Source: Bacteroidales bacterium (GTDB lineage Bacteria; Bacteroidota; Bacteroidia; Bacteroidales; VadinHA17). Taken from it: DNA of 64,000 bases. The translations under genes and the position numbers were made by a program. The stretch covers positions 58,134-122,133 of the forward strand of contig JAVEZS010000003.1 in assembly GCA_034002885.1 (NCBI GenBank), given 5' to 3'. Positions 29,200-39,105 of this stretch are shown piece after piece (the first letter of the stretch is position 1; each line of letters starts with the position of its first letter). Below the pieces are notes generated by a model. It ran no database searches and had not been told where the DNA came from. It was given only the letters and a program-made list of their open reading frames with translations.

Positions 29200-29460
29200 A
29201 TGGCACACAAGAAAGGAGCAGGAAGTTCACGTAACGGCCGCGATTCCCAAAGCAAAAGGCTGGGTGTGAAACTGTTTGGCGGCCAGGCTGCCAAAGCAGG
29301 AAACATTATTGTCCGCCAGAGGGGAACCAGGCACAATCCGGGTCTCAACGTGGGCGTTGGAAAAGACCACACACTGTTTGCGCTTATCGATGGTGAAGTG
29401 GAATTCAGTAAGAAGAAAGACAATAAGATCTTTGTTTCGGTAAAGCCGTTATCAGAGTAG
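29200..29460 (+). CDS. rpmA: 50S ribosomal protein L27
   Basis: 86 aa. [24 protein letters not shown] is canonical L27. Confidence 0.95.
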   Translation: MAHKKGAGSSRNGRDSQSKRLGVKLFGGQAAKAGNIIVRQRGTRHNPGLNVGVGKDHTLFALIDGEVEFSKKKDNKIFVSVKPLSE

Positions 29461-29541
29461 AGTCGGTCACTAAGGAGCAACTGACTCCCGAAAATCTTTT
29501 GGCAAAGAGAAAATCATTCCCGGGAGTTTTTATATTTTTAC

Positions 29542-29570
29542 AGCAGGCTTTAACGGCCTGCTTTTTATTT
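29542..29570 (+). terminator. Rho-independent terminator after rpmA
   Basis: Stem AGCAGGC (29542-48) pairs with GCCTGCT (29556-62) around a 7-nt loop, followed by TTTTTATTTT. Confidence 0.6.
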
Positions 29571-29584
29571 TAATACTTTCCCCT

Positions 29585-30859
29585 ATGCTTACACTGAACC
29601 TCATCCGTGAAAAGAAAGAGTATGTAACCGGCCGGCTCAAGATAAAGAACTTTGAGTCGGGGGAGATCGTCGGAAGGATTTTATCGATCGACACCGAGCG
29701 CCGTGAAATACAGGTAAAGGCTGACAACCTGCAGGCCGAGATGAACCGTATCTCGAAGGAGATAGGTTCACTGATGAAGGACGGGAAAAAAGCAGAAGCA
29801 GACAGTGCCAGGGAAAAGACTTTTTCGATAAAGAATGAGATACGGATCCTCACTGAGAGGCTTGCGCCTCTCGAAGAGCAGCTCAGGGAGGAGATCATCA
29901 AGCTTCCCAATCTCCCTCACGAATCGGTTCCTCAAGGGTATGGGGCCGGCAACAATGTAAGCGTCAGGGAAGGCGGAAAGATCCCTATACTTCCTGAAAG
30001 CGCCCTGCCTCACTGGGAACTCATAAAAAGGTATGATATAATAGACTTCGATCTCGGGATAAAGCTTACGGGAGCAGGGTTTCCGGTATATAAGGGTAAG
30101 GGAGCCAAGCTTGAAAGATCGCTTATAAACTACTTCCTCGATGAGGGTTCAAAAGCGGGTTATACCGAGATGATGCCTCCGATAATGGTAAATGAGGATT
30201 CAGGTTTCGGCACTGGTCAGCTTCCCGACAAGGAAGGGCAGATGTATCATGCAGGGCTTGACAATTTCTATCTTATTCCTACGGCTGAAGTACCTGTAAC
30301 AAATATTTACCGCGACGTTATACTGAGTGCTGAACAGCTTCCGGTCAGGAATGTTGCATACACGCCATGCTTCAGGAGGGAGGCCGGCTCATGGGGTGCC
30401 CATGTGCGCGGGCTCAACCGTCTGCATCAGTTCGATAAGGTGGAGATAGTACAGATTGCACACCCCGATCATTCATATGAAGCCCTTGAGGAGATGGTTA
30501 AGCATGTTGAGGGTCTTGTCTCGAGGCTTGAACTGCCCTACCGGATAATGAAACTGTGCGGAGGGGATATGTCGTTCACCTCTGCCCTCACTTATGACTT
30601 TGAGGTGTGGTCGGCAGCGCAGAGGAGATGGCTTGAAGTAAGCTCTGTATCAAATTTCGAATCGTTCCAGGCTAACAGGCTCAAATGCAGGTTCAGGGAA
30701 AAAGGAGAGAAACAGACGAAACTTGTTCACACACTGAACGGGAGTGCCCTTGCCCTTCCTCGTATCGTGGCAGCTCTTCTCGAGAACAACCAGACTGACT
30801 CCGGAATAAGGATCCCTGATGTACTTGTTCCATATACCGGTTTTGGCATCATCAACTGA
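29585..30859 (+). CDS. serS: Seryl-tRNA synthetase
   Basis: 424 aa. N-terminal coiled-coil arm and class II motifs (FRREAGS, GSALA.PR). Confidence 0.95.
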   Translation: MLTLNLIREKKEYVTGRLKIKNFESGEIVGRILSIDTERREIQVKADNLQAEMNRISKEIGSLMKDGKKAEADSAREKTFSIKNEIRILTERLAPLEEQLREEIIKLPNLPHESVPQGYGAGNNVSVREGGKIPILPESALPHWELIKRYDIIDFDLGIKLTGAGFPVYKGKGAKLERSLINYFLDEGSKAGYTEMMPPIMVNEDSGFGTGQLPDKEGQMYHAGLDNFYLIPTAEVPVTNIYRDVILSAEQLPVRNVAYTPCFRREAGSWGAHVRGLNRLHQFDKVEIVQIAHPDHSYEALEEMVKHVEGLVSRLELPYRIMKLCGGDMSFTSALTYDFEVWSAAQRRWLEVSSVSNFESFQANRLKCRFREKGEKQTKLVHTLNGSALALPRIVAALLENNQTDSGIRIPDVLVPYTGFGIIN

Positions 30860-30922
30860 ACATACTTTGGGCAGGCCCGGAGGATACACAAAGCTGCTGC
30901 ACTAAAACTGTTTCATCATCAG

Positions 30923-31810
30923 ATGGAAAAAAGCCGACTATCGTATATTTATGCCGGAGTGGCTGTCTTCTTCTGGTCGACAATTCCGACAGCATTCAAG
31001 ATTTGTCTCGCTGAGATGGAAATCCTGACTATGCTCTCCATCGCCACATTCACTTCCGCCGCTGCCCTGTTTCTTATCCTGGCCGCAGAGGGAAAGCTGA
31101 GCCTGATAAAACTCAACACCCCCAGGCAGCTTCTTGGTTCGGCCTTGCTTGGTTTTATCAATCCCTTCGTCTACTACCTGATACTTCTTAAGGCATATCA
31201 GCTGTTACCGGCTCAGGTGGCCCAGCCTCTGAACATGATATGGCCGATAATACTGGTTTTTCTCTCAGTTCCCATTCTGAAGCAGAAGATTGCCGCAAGG
31301 AGCTTCGTTGCCCTTTTCATATCATTCGTTGGGGTATACATTATATCTTCCCAGGGGAATATCTTCTTCAGGGATCATGCCGATCTCAAAGGAGTTCTTC
31401 TCGCAACGGGAAGTTCGGTTTTCTGGGCCTTCTATTTCATTATGAATGTCAGGGACCCCAGGGATGAAGCTGTAAAGCTCTTCCTTAATTTTCTCTTCGC
31501 ATCAGTGGTACTGGCAGTCATTATGATCCTCACAGGCAGATGGGACGGTGACGCAGGGCACAGGGGAATAATCGCCGCAGTTTATATAGGGCTATTTGAG
31601 ATGGGCATCACTTTCTTCCTATGGCTCAAGGCACTTCAGCTTGCTTCTTCGACCGATAAGGTAAGCAACCTTGTATATCTGGCTCCTTTCTTATCGCTGG
31701 TTTTTGTGCATTTTATACTCGGGGAACCGCTTTTTTATACAACTCCGGCAGGATTATTGCTGATAGTTTTTGGTATATTGATACAGAGCAGGAGGGTCGG
31801 GAGGAATTAA
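30923..31810 (+). CDS. EamA/DMT superfamily transporter
   Basis: 295 aa with about 10 TM helices arranged as two EamA-like halves. Confidence 0.75.
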   Translation: MEKSRLSYIYAGVAVFFWSTIPTAFKICLAEMEILTMLSIATFTSAAALFLILAAEGKLSLIKLNTPRQLLGSALLGFINPFVYYLILLKAYQLLPAQVAQPLNMIWPIILVFLSVPILKQKIAARSFVALFISFVGVYIISSQGNIFFRDHADLKGVLLATGSSVFWAFYFIMNVRDPRDEAVKLFLNFLFASVVLAVIMILTGRWDGDAGHRGIIAAVYIGLFEMGITFFLWLKALQLASSTDKVSNLVYLAPFLSLVFVHFILGEPLFYTTPAGLLLIVFGILIQSRRVGRN

Positions 31811-31857
31811 TTGTATATTTGTAACTCTCTCTGAACTAAAATTTAACTGATTTTCAT

Positions 31858-33168
31858 ATGAAGAAGCTTATTGCAATCTTACTTATTATGGCGGCAGTGT
31901 TTTCTGCTTGTAAAAAGGATGATGATCCGCCGGTTGTAATTGATAAGGAACTTACGGATGCAATGGCGCGCGACAGTCTCTACTTCCTTATGAAGCAGTG
32001 GTATTTCTGGTACAAGGAGATGCCTCCGGTTGTAAAGGAGAATTATGATGATCCTTATGAGCTTCTCGAAGCCATGAGATACAGGACTCTCGACAAATGG
32101 AGTTTCGTCGCCGACTACGATGAGTTTATTGCAGAGATGCAGGGTGAATTTGTAGGTCACGGAATCAGGATTGGAATTGATGATTCAGACAAGGCCAGGA
32201 TTGCAATGATTTACAATAAATCACCTCTTTACGGGAATGGTGTTCGCCGCGGATGGATAGTGAAGACGGTAAACGGGCAAGACATAGCCCGGATAATTAT
32301 TAACGGCGATTCGGAAGCATACAATAATACTATGGGACCGGGGACAGCCGGAATAATCAATAATTTTGTTTTTATCAATCCCGACGGTGAGGAAGTAGCA
32401 ATATCATCAGCAAAGAAGTCATTCACGATCAACTCAGTAATACTTTACGACACCCTTCACCTTTCTAACGAAAAGATTGCGGGGCATCTTGTTTTTGAAT
32501 CCTTCATTCAGCCTTCTTCGGGTGAGCTTGTGGAAGCTTTCGAGTTTTTCCATTCATGCGGGGTGAACGATCTTATCCTTGATCTGAGATACAATTCGGG
32601 TGGCTACCTTTTTGTTGCCCAGGAACTTGCCAGCTACATCACCGGCAACAGCCTTGCTCTTTCAAAAAAGGTTTTTGCCACTCTGAAGTACAATGACAAG
32701 AATCAGTCGCAGAATGAGTCTTATCCCTTTTTATCAACATCATCTCCCCTGAACCTGAACAGGATTGTTTTCATTACTTCTCGTTTAACGGCATCGGCAA
32801 GTGAAGCTGTAATGAATGGCCTTGAACCATATCTCGAGGTGGCCGCCGTGGGTGACACAACGCTTGGGAAACCGATGGGAATGAACGGCTGGACTGTCGG
32901 AGAGAAATATTTCTACTGGCCCATTACCTTCAAAATGGTCAATGCTGATAATGTAGGTGACTTTTTCGATGGGATCCCGCCTGAGAAAACAGCTCCGGAT
33001 GACATTACCCGTGATTTCGACGACAGGAATGAGGCTTGTCTGAAAGAGGCTGTTCGATATCTTGAAACAGGATCATTTTCATCCAAGGGCTCTTCACGTT
33101 TTTATCGTCATCCTCAGTATTCCGAGAAGCCCGACTGGGTTAAGAACGGTCTTACAATAATTAAGTAG
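31858..33168 (+). CDS. S41 (C-terminal processing/tail-specific) peptidase family lipoprotein
   Basis: 436 aa. Lipobox AAVFSAC, and S41 blocks LILDLRYNSGGYL and TASASEAV. Confidence 0.7.
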   Translation: MKKLIAILLIMAAVFSACKKDDDPPVVIDKELTDAMARDSLYFLMKQWYFWYKEMPPVVKENYDDPYELLEAMRYRTLDKWSFVADYDEFIAEMQGEFVGHGIRIGIDDSDKARIAMIYNKSPLYGNGVRRGWIVKTVNGQDIARIIINGDSEAYNNTMGPGTAGIINNFVFINPDGEEVAISSAKKSFTINSVILYDTLHLSNEKIAGHLVFESFIQPSSGELVEAFEFFHSCGVNDLILDLRYNSGGYLFVAQELASYITGNSLALSKKVFATLKYNDKNQSQNESYPFLSTSSPLNLNRIVFITSRLTASASEAVMNGLEPYLEVAAVGDTTLGKPMGMNGWTVGEKYFYWPITFKMVNADNVGDFFDGIPPEKTAPDDITRDFDDRNEACLKEAVRYLETGSFSSKGSSRFYRHPQYSEKPDWVKNGLTIIK

Positions 33169-33187
33169 CTGATCATACAGTAAAGTC

Positions 33188-33751
33188 TTGAATCAGAAAG
33201 GCAGGGAGCGTATAATTCTTGGCATTGACCCCGGTACCAGTACCACGGGATATGGTATAATTAAGGCTGCGGGCACCGAGCCCAAACTCATAACAATAGG
33301 GGCCATCGATCTGACAAAGTATGATGATCATTATGTTAGGATAAAGCATATCTTCGAACGGACCATTGGCATAATAGAGGAGTACCACCCCGACGAGCTG
33401 GCCATCGAGGCTCCGTTCTACGGAAAGAATGTACAGTCGATGCTGAAGCTTGGAAGGGCTCAGGGAGCTGCAATAGCCGCGGCTCTCAGCCGCTCGATAC
33501 CGGTTTTTGAATATGCCCCGAGGAAGATAAAGATGTCAATAACCGGCCGCGGTTCTGCCTCAAAGGAACAGGTGGCGGAGATGCTTATGAGGATACTGCA
33601 TTTCGCGAAACTTGAGATAAAGCTCGATGCAACCGATGGGCTTGCCGCAGCCCTCTGTCATTTCTATCAGACGAACAATCCCATGCCCCTGAACGAATAC
33701 AACAGCTGGAAGGATTTCATAAACAAAAACCCTAAGAGAGTAAGGAAATAG
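33188..33751 (+). CDS. ruvC: Crossover junction endodeoxyribonuclease RuvC
   Basis: 187 aa. [16 protein letters not shown] is the catalytic Asp motif. The start codon is TTG and its position is uncertain. Confidence 0.9.
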   Translation: MNQKGRERIILGIDPGTSTTGYGIIKAAGTEPKLITIGAIDLTKYDDHYVRIKHIFERTIGIIEEYHPDELAIEAPFYGKNVQSMLKLGRAQGAAIAAALSRSIPVFEYAPRKIKMSITGRGSASKEQVAEMLMRILHFAKLEIKLDATDGLAAALCHFYQTNNPMPLNEYNSWKDFINKNPKRVRK

Positions 33752-33755
33752 AGGT

Positions 33756-34457
33756 TTACATTACCGCATAAGCCAGGGCGATTGCGCTTACCATTACATT
33801 TTCGGTGCTGAGAAGTTCACTAGTGCATGCTTCAATCGTTGACCCGGTAGTGATTACATCGTCGACCAGGAGAACATGCTTTCCTTCGAGCCACGAATGA
33901 TCCCTCACCCTGAAAATATCGCAGACATTGGTCCACCTGTCGTATCTCGATTTTCTTGTCTGCGTTTTTGTAACGGTTCTTCTCTCAAGTATCCCGGTAT
34001 CGAAAGGGATACCTGTTGCCTGCGACAGTCCCTCAGCTATCAGGTCGCTCTGGTTGAATCCCCTCTGTCTTTGTTTCGACGGATGAAGCGGAACAGGTAT
34101 TATCACATCGATCCCCCCCAGGAAAGAGGACCCTCTCAGGCTGTTTCCGTATATTCTTCCCAGTTCCCTGCCGATTTCCCTTATCCCCCTGTACTTAAGC
34201 TGATGGATCAGTCTGCGTATCCTGCTGTCTCGTGTATAATATGAAAACGCAGCGGCCCTCTCAAGCCTGCACCTTCCCCAGAAAAGCTGTTCAACCGGAT
34301 TACCCTGGGTCAGATGAAAATCCGTCCGGGGTATGAGTACATAACATTCCGTGCAAATGATCCTTTCGTTGCGTAAAAGCTGAGAGCCGCAACCATAACA
34401 GATGCGCGGAAAGAGAAGACTTATAAAGTCGTCCCACAGATCATACAGGTAATTCAT
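33756..34457 (-). CDS. comF: ComF family protein (phosphoribosyltransferase domain with N-terminal zinc ribbon)
   Basis: 233 aa. Zinc ribbon CYGCG...CTEC, and a PRTase motif VLLVDDVITTGSTI. Confidence 0.75.
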   Translation of the reverse strand: MNYLYDLWDDFISLLFPRICYGCGSQLLRNERIICTECYVLIPRTDFHLTQGNPVEQLFWGRCRLERAAAFSYYTRDSRIRRLIHQLKYRGIREIGRELGRIYGNSLRGSSFLGGIDVIIPVPLHPSKQRQRGFNQSDLIAEGLSQATGIPFDTGILERRTVTKTQTRKSRYDRWTNVCDIFRVRDHSWLEGKHVLLVDDVITTGSTIEACTSELLSTENVMVSAIALAYAVM

Positions 34458-34504
34458 GCAGCGAGCAGAATTTCTCCTTTAAATATAATAAAAAGGAAGA
34501 ATTG

Positions 34505-34903
34505 TCAGAGTTGCACCCTTGAACTTATTTTAGCCGCGATTGAAGTGAATTCTTCGGGTGTGAATTTCATTTTCGGGTTTCTGAAGTTGAGGTCGTTCAT
34601 GGTATCCATGGGTACAAGATGAATGTGAACATGAGGAACCTCGAGGCCCACCACTGCCACACCTATCCTGGCGCATGGAATTGATTTCTCAATTGCAAGG
34701 GCCACCTTTTTGGCGAAAACCATGAGACCGGCGAGCTGTTCGTCTCCGAGGTCGAAGATATAATCTGTTTCAGCTTTAGGTATCACGAGTGTATGACCGG
34801 CCTTCAGGGGATTTATATCGAGAAAGGCAAAATAATTATCATCTTCTGCAATTTTATAACAGGGGATCTCTCCCTTTATGATCTTTGTGAATATTGTTGA
34901 CAT
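34505..34903 (-). CDS. HIT family (histidine triad) protein
   Basis: Track ORF trimmed to Met38 (MSTIFTKIIKGEIPCYKIAEDD). The HIT motif is HVHIHLVP. Confidence 0.85.
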   Translation of the reverse strand: MSTIFTKIIKGEIPCYKIAEDDNYFAFLDINPLKAGHTLVIPKAETDYIFDLGDEQLAGLMVFAKKVALAIEKSIPCARIGVAVVGLEVPHVHIHLVPMDTMNDLNFRNPKMKFTPEEFTSIAAKISSRVQL

Positions 34904-34916
34904 TGCCAAAAAAAGA

Positions 34917-35405
34917 TTATGTTGATATCGACAGTATTTCAAAAGGGATAACGCCGGATGGGACCTTGATCTGAACCATCTCTCCCACTTTTTTGCCGAT
35001 AAGGCCCATCGCAATGGGTGAATTAACAGCCAGCTTACCCATCTTGAGGTTTGCTTCGCTTTCAGGCACTATCTGGTATTCCATTACCATTCCGTTGTTC
35101 CTGTTCTTTATTTTCACCCTGTTGAGTATCCTGACTGTGGACGTGTCGATTTTCGACTCATCGAGAAGTCTTGAGCGGGCGATGGTATCCTCGAGTTTTG
35201 AAATTTTCATTTCGAGCATACCCTGGGCCTCCTTGGCAGCTGAGTATTCGGCATTTTCAGTCAGATCACCCTTGTCTCTGGCTTCAGCAATCATCCTTGA
35301 GATTGCGGGTCTTTCCACAAGCCTCAGATGATCCAGTTCCTGTTTTAGCTTCTGAAGGCCATCTTCCGTTATGTATAAGATGTCTGACATTTTCTGGTCA
35401 ATCAT
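34917..35405 (-). CDS. greA: Transcription elongation factor GreA
   Basis: 162 aa. N-terminal coiled coil with ENAEYSAAKE, plus the C-terminal FKBP-like domain. An alternative start is Met6 at 35390. Confidence 0.9.
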   Translation of the reverse strand: MIDQKMSDILYITEDGLQKLKQELDHLRLVERPAISRMIAEARDKGDLTENAEYSAAKEAQGMLEMKISKLEDTIARSRLLDESKIDTSTVRILNRVKIKNRNNGMVMEYQIVPESEANLKMGKLAVNSPIAMGLIGKKVGEMVQIKVPSGVIPFEILSIST

Positions 35406-35536
35406 TTAAAAAATAAGAAGAATCCCGGGGAACCCGGAACTCTTCAGTAACAAATATAAAAAAACTTTGAATAATCTCCAAATAAAAAGAACATGAAAAG
35501 AGGTATAATACAAGTAATTATAGTCTATTCTTCATG

Positions 35537-35920
35537 TTACCGGTATTTTTTCCTGCTTCTTTTGGAATTTTCTTTCTCTTTTTTCCGTTTTTCCCTGTAG
35601 TTCTGGTCTGCGTCTTTTCTATTTTGTTTCATTCTTACCTGAACTTCAGGTGATTGTATTTCAACAGCCCTTTTTCTTTGAGCCTTAACATATTCATCAT
35701 ACTCTTTATCCAGCTTTTTCTGTTTTGCTTCCTGTTTCTTACGTGCCCTTACAATGCTTGGGGCCTCGCGGTACTTAACCTGTTTCTTTTTCAGTGACCT
35801 GCCGAAAAGCTGTTTTTCGGGATTTCCTGACGGCCTGCCGCTCTGGGCTTCGCAGACTGTGGAAGCCGACACCAGGACAAGAAGCAGAAGTATGAACTTT
35901 GGATCCCGGGTAAACCGCAT
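35537..35920 (-). CDS. Hypothetical secreted, highly basic (Lys/Arg/Glu-rich) small protein
   Basis: 127 aa. A signal peptide (ILLLLVLVSASTVCEA) is followed by charged low-complexity sequence. I recognise no family. Confidence 0.4.
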   Translation of the reverse strand: MRFTRDPKFILLLLVLVSASTVCEAQSGRPSGNPEKQLFGRSLKKKQVKYREAPSIVRARKKQEAKQKKLDKEYDEYVKAQRKRAVEIQSPEVQVRMKQNRKDADQNYREKRKKEKENSKRSRKKYR

Positions 35921-36011
35921 GAGTCTTGTTTTTAAAATAGTGTTTCACAAAATAGCATAATTTATGCCGCTAATGCTAATTTTGGTGTTTATTACTATAA
36001 CGAAGGAATAC

Positions 36012-36488
36012 ATGAACAGATTTTCGGGAGCCCTGCTTTTTTTTGTCTTTTTATCTCCTCTTCTTATTGTCCAGTCATGCGGGGAGGCAAACAACGATGT
36101 CATCCCGGATGTAAGCATCGACTTTACCATCGATCTCCTTGATCCTGAGTTTGTGGGCCTGACTGCTATAGGTGCTGTTGATACAATTGATTCATCCACA
36201 AACAACTGGGGGTTCCGTTCATCGGGTTATGACAACAACGGGATCATTATTTACAGCGGCCCGGATGAATATTATGCCTTCGACCGCACCTGTCCTCATG
36301 ATTTCTCGGAAAATGGCCTGAGCGTAAAGGTAAATGTTGATGCATCACTTGCTGTCTGTCCGGTTTGTGGCACCTCATATGCCCTTTCAGCCTACGGTAC
36401 TCCCTTATCGGGTCCGGGCAGACTTCCCCTTAAGAATTACAAAACGAGCTTTGACGGAGAGAGGTACATCAGGGTATGGAACAACTGA
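36012..36488 (+). CDS. Hypothetical lipoprotein with Rieske-like CxH...CxxC motif
   Basis: Track ORF trimmed to Met17 (MNRFSGALLFFVFLSPLLIVQSC). The motif is CPH-x19-CPVCG in a small beta-rich domain. Confidence 0.45.
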   Translation: MNRFSGALLFFVFLSPLLIVQSCGEANNDVIPDVSIDFTIDLLDPEFVGLTAIGAVDTIDSSTNNWGFRSSGYDNNGIIIYSGPDEYYAFDRTCPHDFSENGLSVKVNVDASLAVCPVCGTSYALSAYGTPLSGPGRLPLKNYKTSFDGERYIRVWNN

Positions 36489-36587
36489 TGCTGTTCTGAC
36501 CACATTTACACTGAGATCCTTCAGGGACACAACCAGCTTAGGACTGTGTTACAGTGTTCAGCTATAAGGCCTTAAGTGATTTTCTTA

Positions 36588-38003
36588 TTAATACCTGTAA
36601 TGATCGGGTTTAAACGGACCATTTTCCGGAACACCGATATAATCGGCCTGATCTGCTGTCAGCTTTGTGAGTTTTACACCAAGCTGACTGAGATGCAGTC
36701 TGGCCACCTCTTCATCAAGGTACTTTGGAAGCCTGTATACCCCTATTTCGTAGTTGTTGGTCCAGAGGTCGATCTGGGCCAGGGTCTGGTTGCTGAACGA
36801 GTTGCTCATCACAAATGAAGGATGGCCTGTTGCACATCCGAGGTTTACGAGGCGCCCTTCAGCCAGAAGGAAGATTGCATGCCCGTCGGGAAAGAGATAT
36901 TTGTCAACCTGGGGCTTGATATTTATCTTCTTTATACCTTCCATTCCGTTAAGCCTGTCGACCTGTATTTCGTTGTCGAAATGTCCTATATTACAGACTA
37001 TTGCCTGGTCCTTCATTCCGGACATATGCTCAAGGGTTATAACGTCTCTGTTCCCTGTGGCTGTAACGAAGATGTTCCCCTCATCGAGTGCATCCTCGAC
37101 GCTTTTCACTTCAAAGCCTTCCATTGCAGCCTGCAGTGCGCAAATGGGATCTATTTCAGTTACAATGACCCTTGCCCCGTAGGCTCTCATTGATTTTGCG
37201 CAGCCTTTTCCGACGTCACCATATCCGCAGACGACAACCACTTTTCCTGCAATCATCACGTCGGTTGCCCTTTTAATACCGTCGGCCAGAGATTCCCGGC
37301 ATCCGTAGAGGTTATCGAACTTTGATTTTGTTACCGAATCGTTCACGTTAATTGCAGGGGCAAGAAGCTCACCCTTTTCCAGCATCTGATAGAGCCTGTG
37401 AACTCCCGTTGTTGTTTCCTCCGAGATCCCCCTGAGACCGCTTACCACACGGTGCCATTTACCGGGTTCTTCAGAAAGGATATTCTTTAATGTCTTCAGG
37501 ATGATGGCCTCCTCGTTTCCTGAAGGTTTTTTATCAAGTACCGAAGGATCATTCTCGGCTTTAAAGCCCAGGTGGACCATCAGGCTGGCATCTCCCCCAT
37601 CGTCGACGATAAGGTTAGGGCCTTTGCCATCAGGGAAGGAAAGGGCCTGAGCGGTGCACCACCAGTACTCTTCAAGCGATTCTCCCTTCCATGCAAAGAC
37701 AGGGATTCCCCTTTCGGCAATTGCTGCCGCAGCATGATCCTGTGTCGAAAAGATGTTGCAGCTGGCCCACCTGACATCGGCTCCCAGCTCCACCAGTGTT
37801 TCTATCAGAACAGCCGTTTGTACCGTCATATGCAGAGAACCGGTTATCCTGGCTCCCCTGAGCGGTTTATCCGAGGAATATTTCCTCCTTATCGACAGGA
37901 GACCCGGCATTTCCTTTTCTGCTATCTCTATTTCCTTCCTTCCGAAGGATGCCAGGGAGATATCCCTTACGGCATACTGTTGTGTTCTTATTTTTTGGTC
38001 CAT
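36588..38003 (-). CDS. ahcY: Adenosylhomocysteinase
   Basis: Track ORF trimmed to Met16 (MDQK...[26 protein letters not shown]). The NAD-binding motif is [12 protein letters not shown]. Confidence 0.95.
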   Translation of the reverse strand: MDQKIRTQQYAVRDISLASFGRKEIEIAEKEMPGLLSIRRKYSSDKPLRGARITGSLHMTVQTAVLIETLVELGADVRWASCNIFSTQDHAAAAIAERGIPVFAWKGESLEEYWWCTAQALSFPDGKGPNLIVDDGGDASLMVHLGFKAENDPSVLDKKPSGNEEAIILKTLKNILSEEPGKWHRVVSGLRGISEETTTGVHRLYQMLEKGELLAPAINVNDSVTKSKFDNLYGCRESLADGIKRATDVMIAGKVVVVCGYGDVGKGCAKSMRAYGARVIVTEIDPICALQAAMEGFEVKSVEDALDEGNIFVTATGNRDVITLEHMSGMKDQAIVCNIGHFDNEIQVDRLNGMEGIKKINIKPQVDKYLFPDGHAIFLLAEGRLVNLGCATGHPSFVMSNSFSNQTLAQIDLWTNNYEIGVYRLPKYLDEEVARLHLSQLGVKLTKLTADQADYIGVPENGPFKPDHYRY

Positions 38004-38065
38004 CGGTGGTATCATAATTTTCTTTTTACCAGGGTGCAAAGTTAACAATAATTCCGGGCTGTTGT

Positions 38066-38995
38066 TCAGGTCAGTAACCTTAATGATGTCTCCTGGTCGA
38101 GTTTCATCTGCTGTTTAAGTTCCATGATGCTTCCGAAATGTATCTCATCCCTTAACCTGAATCTGAAAATAGCGGTTATTTCCTTTCCATAGAGATCTCC
38201 GTCAAAATCGAAAATATTGACTTCAACAGATTTTGTTTTTTCTCCTCTGCTGACTGTGGGATTCGATCCTATGCTCAGCATTCCCTTCATTCTGTTCTTT
38301 CCTGTTATTACTTCAACGGCATATACCCCGTCGGCGGGAATAAGTTTGTTCGGATCGTCCGGTTTTATGTTTGCCGTTGGAAAGCCGAACGATTTTCCGA
38401 GTCCCCTTCCTTCAATTACCGTTCCGCTGAGCGGGTAATGATAGCCGAGCCATCTGTTTGCGTCATCCAGCTTACCTTCGAGAAGGGCCATTCGTATTGA
38501 TGTCGAGCTTACCGTATCGTTACCGGAAGAATATTTCCCCAGACGTTCAACTGAAAACCCGTATCTGGCAGCTTTCACTTTTATTCTTTCAAAATCACCT
38601 TCCTTTCCTTTTCCAAGGTGGTTGTCGTGGCCCATGACAAGATATTCCACCCCTATCCCCTTAACAAGAATCCTGCTGATAAATGTATCCGCATCCATTC
38701 CCGCAAACTCAGGAGTGAAGTTGATAATTACCAGATGACCGGCTGATGATTTTTCCATGAGATTTACCTTCTCATCAATTGTTGACAGGTAGGAGATATT
38801 TTCCCCGGGCTTTGACAGAACGAGTCTGGGGTGAGGATTAAAAGTCACAATAACCGATTCTCCCCCTTCCCTGCCGGCCTTTCCGACAAGATGTTCAATA
38901 AGGCTCATATGTCCCATATGCACCCCGTCGAACACTCCGATGGTAACGAAGGGTCTTTTCAGCTTCAGGTTTTCATATCCATGATGTACTATCAT
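38066..38995 (-). CDS. ribF: Bifunctional riboflavin kinase / FMN adenylyltransferase
   Basis: 309 aa. N-terminal FAD synthetase motif [10 protein letters not shown], and a C-terminal riboflavin kinase block ([20 protein letters not shown]). Confidence 0.9.
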   Translation of the reverse strand: MIVHHGYENLKLKRPFVTIGVFDGVHMGHMSLIEHLVGKAGREGGESVIVTFNPHPRLVLSKPGENISYLSTIDEKVNLMEKSSAGHLVIINFTPEFAGMDADTFISRILVKGIGVEYLVMGHDNHLGKGKEGDFERIKVKAARYGFSVERLGKYSSGNDTVSSTSIRMALLEGKLDDANRWLGYHYPLSGTVIEGRGLGKSFGFPTANIKPDDPNKLIPADGVYAVEVITGKNRMKGMLSIGSNPTVSRGEKTKSVEVNIFDFDGDLYGKEITAIFRFRLRDEIHFGSIMELKQQMKLDQETSLRLLT

Positions 38996-39105
38996 CCGGT
39001 TCTCGTTGTATCAGGTCAGCAAAATTAGCAAAGCCTGTGAAAAGGTTACAGTTAAGTGATTTAGTTTTTGTAATTTTATGAAAATAATCCAACCAGACCC
39101 ACTCC

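Noticed and set aside
28914-29480. 188-aa minus-strand ORF spanning rplU-rpmA
   Set aside because: It is antisense to two ribosomal protein genes. Its Phe/Ser/Ala-rich low complexity mirrors the Lys/Ala/Glu tail of L21.
38004-38065. SAH riboswitch upstream of ahcY
   Set aside because: Only 62 nt separate ahcY from the end of ribF, which is too short for the element. I saw no matching pseudoknot sequence.
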